From the NCBI GenBank assembly GCA_002269645.1, contig NIVC01000925.1, positions 124,001 to 188,000 on the forward strand: 64,000 nucleotides of DNA, read 5' to 3'. The notes under the pieces were generated by a model. It was not told the DNA's origin. It worked only from the letters and a program-made list of their open reading frames with translations, and searched no databases. The translations under genes and the position numbers were made by a program. This document shows positions 62,290-64,000 of the stretch, in pieces. Position 1 is the first letter of the stretch; each line of letters starts with the position of its first letter. The DNA comes from Macrostomum lignano (lineage: Eukaryota).

Positions 62290-63300
62290 CCATTACTCTC
62301 AACTTCTCGCGTCTCCTATCTCTTCATTACTCCCAACTTCTCGCGTCTCCTATCTCTTCATTACTTCCAACTTATCGCGTCTCCTATCTCTTCATTACTC
62401 CCAACTTCTCGCGTCTCCTATCTCTTCATTACTTCCAACTTATCGCGTCTCCTATCTCTTCATTACTCCCAACTTCTCGCGTCTCCTATCTCTTCATTAC
62501 TCCCAACTTCTGGCGTCTCCTATCTCTTCATTACTTCCAACTTATCGCGTCTCCTATCTCTTCATTACTCCCAACTTCTCGCGTCTCCTATCTCTTCATT
62601 ACTCCCAACTTCTCGCGTCTCCTATCTCTTCATTACTTCCAACTTATCGCGTCTCCTATCTCTTCATTACTCCCAACTTCTCGCGTCTCCTATCTCTTCA
62701 TTACTTCCAACTTCTCGCGTCTCCTATCTCTTCATTACTCCCAACTTCTCGCGTCTCCTATCTCTTCATTACTCCCAACTTCTCGCGTCTCCTATCTCTT
62801 CATTACTTCCAACTTATCGCGTCTCCTATCTCTTCATTACTCCCAACTTCTCGCGTCTCCTATCTCTTCATTACTCCCAACTTCTCGCGTCTCCATTACT
62901 CCCAACTTCTCGCGTCTCATATCTCTCCATTACTCTCACCCTCTCTCATCTCCTATCTCTCCATTACTCTCACCCTCTCTCGTCTCCTATCTCACCATTA
63001 CTCTCACCCTCTCTCATTTTCTATCTCTCCATTACTCTAACCCTCTCTCATCTCCTATCTCTCCATTACTCTCACCCTCTCTCGTCTCCTATCTCACCAT
63101 TACTCTCACCCTCTCTCGTCTCCTATCTCTCCATTACTCTCACCCTCTCTCGTCTCCTATCTCACCATTACTCTCACCCTCTCTCATTTTCTATCTCTCC
63201 ATTACTCTAACCCTCTCTCGTCTCATATATCTCCATTACTATCACCCTCTCTCATCTATCTCTTCATTACTCTCAACCTCTCTCATCTCCTATCTCTCCA
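62290..63300. repeat. ~33-bp minisatellite
   Basis: Unit tcgcgtctcctatctcttcattactcccaacttc, grading into a related unit. Confidence 0.93.
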
Positions 63301-64000
63301 TTGATCTCACCCTCTCATCTCCTATATTTCTATCACTCACTCTCTCTCATCTCCTGCGTCTCTTTTACTCTCACCCCTCTCTTCTTCTGTCTGCATTACT
63401 CTCACCCTTTTTCTACTTGCCTCTATTTCTTTGACCCCTCTCTCCTTTCCATTCTTGATTAATCAGTTTCTAGAAAATGCAGCACAAGTTCCGCTAATTT
63501 CCGCTAATCAATAATATCAGCAAGAAACATCAACAGCACCAGTCAAAGCAAAAAAGATATTTTCTCTTCGGGAAATTTTTTTGCTGTTTGTTGTAGCAGA
63601 ATTCATAATTGCATTGGTAGGCAGTTTAGGAAAGTGAAGGAACCGTAGTGAGGGAGGGTTGCGGTTTGGACTGGCTCGGGAAGAAATTTAAATAAGTTTG
63701 GAAAGCAGAAAAAGCATTATGGACTCTGCCGGTTAGAAAAAGCCAGATCTGCTATCTCTCTGGCATCAGATGAAGGGGGCGAGAGTGCTGAGGTGCTGGG
63801 TTGCGGCTACCCCCTCAGGGCTGCGGTCTTTCCAGTCCTAATGGGAACGGATCTGAGCTGATGTAAGGGCTGTTGGGCTTAAAATACGAGTACAAAACAA
63901 AATTCCGCATAAAAATGTTTGCCTGGCTTGTTGGTTTGCTTGGCTGGTTGGCTGGTAGTGGTTGCAGAGACACGGAAGAAGACGAGAGAGTTAACGGAGC

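Overview
Eukaryotic (metazoan) genomic DNA, not prokaryotic. It has GC-rich exons with GT-AG introns, set in AT-rich, minisatellite-saturated spacers and decayed transposons. The mollusc-like troponin C and the repeat load suggest a lophotrochozoan such as a Macrostomum-type flatworm; this is inference only. Supported genes: a spliced 7TM/GPCR-like gene (5' end outside the window), a single-exon secreted/GPI-type protein with 21 heptad [I/F]KxDGG[D/K] repeats, troponin C (6 exons), trans-3-hydroxy-L-proline dehydratase L3HYPDH (2 exons), a frameshifted DSTYK-like pseudo-GTPase/kinase and an intronless H2A.Z. There are also orphan exons. Mobile DNA includes an internally deleted piggyBac, Ty3/gypsy gag-protease and integrase remnants, two RTE-LINE 3' fragments, a hAT transposase fragment, a tRNA-derived SINE (2 copies) and a satellite-filled MITE (2 inverted copies). 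The most unusual observations are: tandem arrays in the GPCR introns made of splice-signal consensus (branch-point CTRAC upstream and donor GTRAGT downstream of one exon); a Thr-rich mucin-like segment in the GPCR extracellular loop; the DGG-repeat protein; an inverted MITE pair bracketing the kinase gene; and an isolated 28S rRNA helix-69 fragment. All family assignments are from recalled motifs, not database searches.
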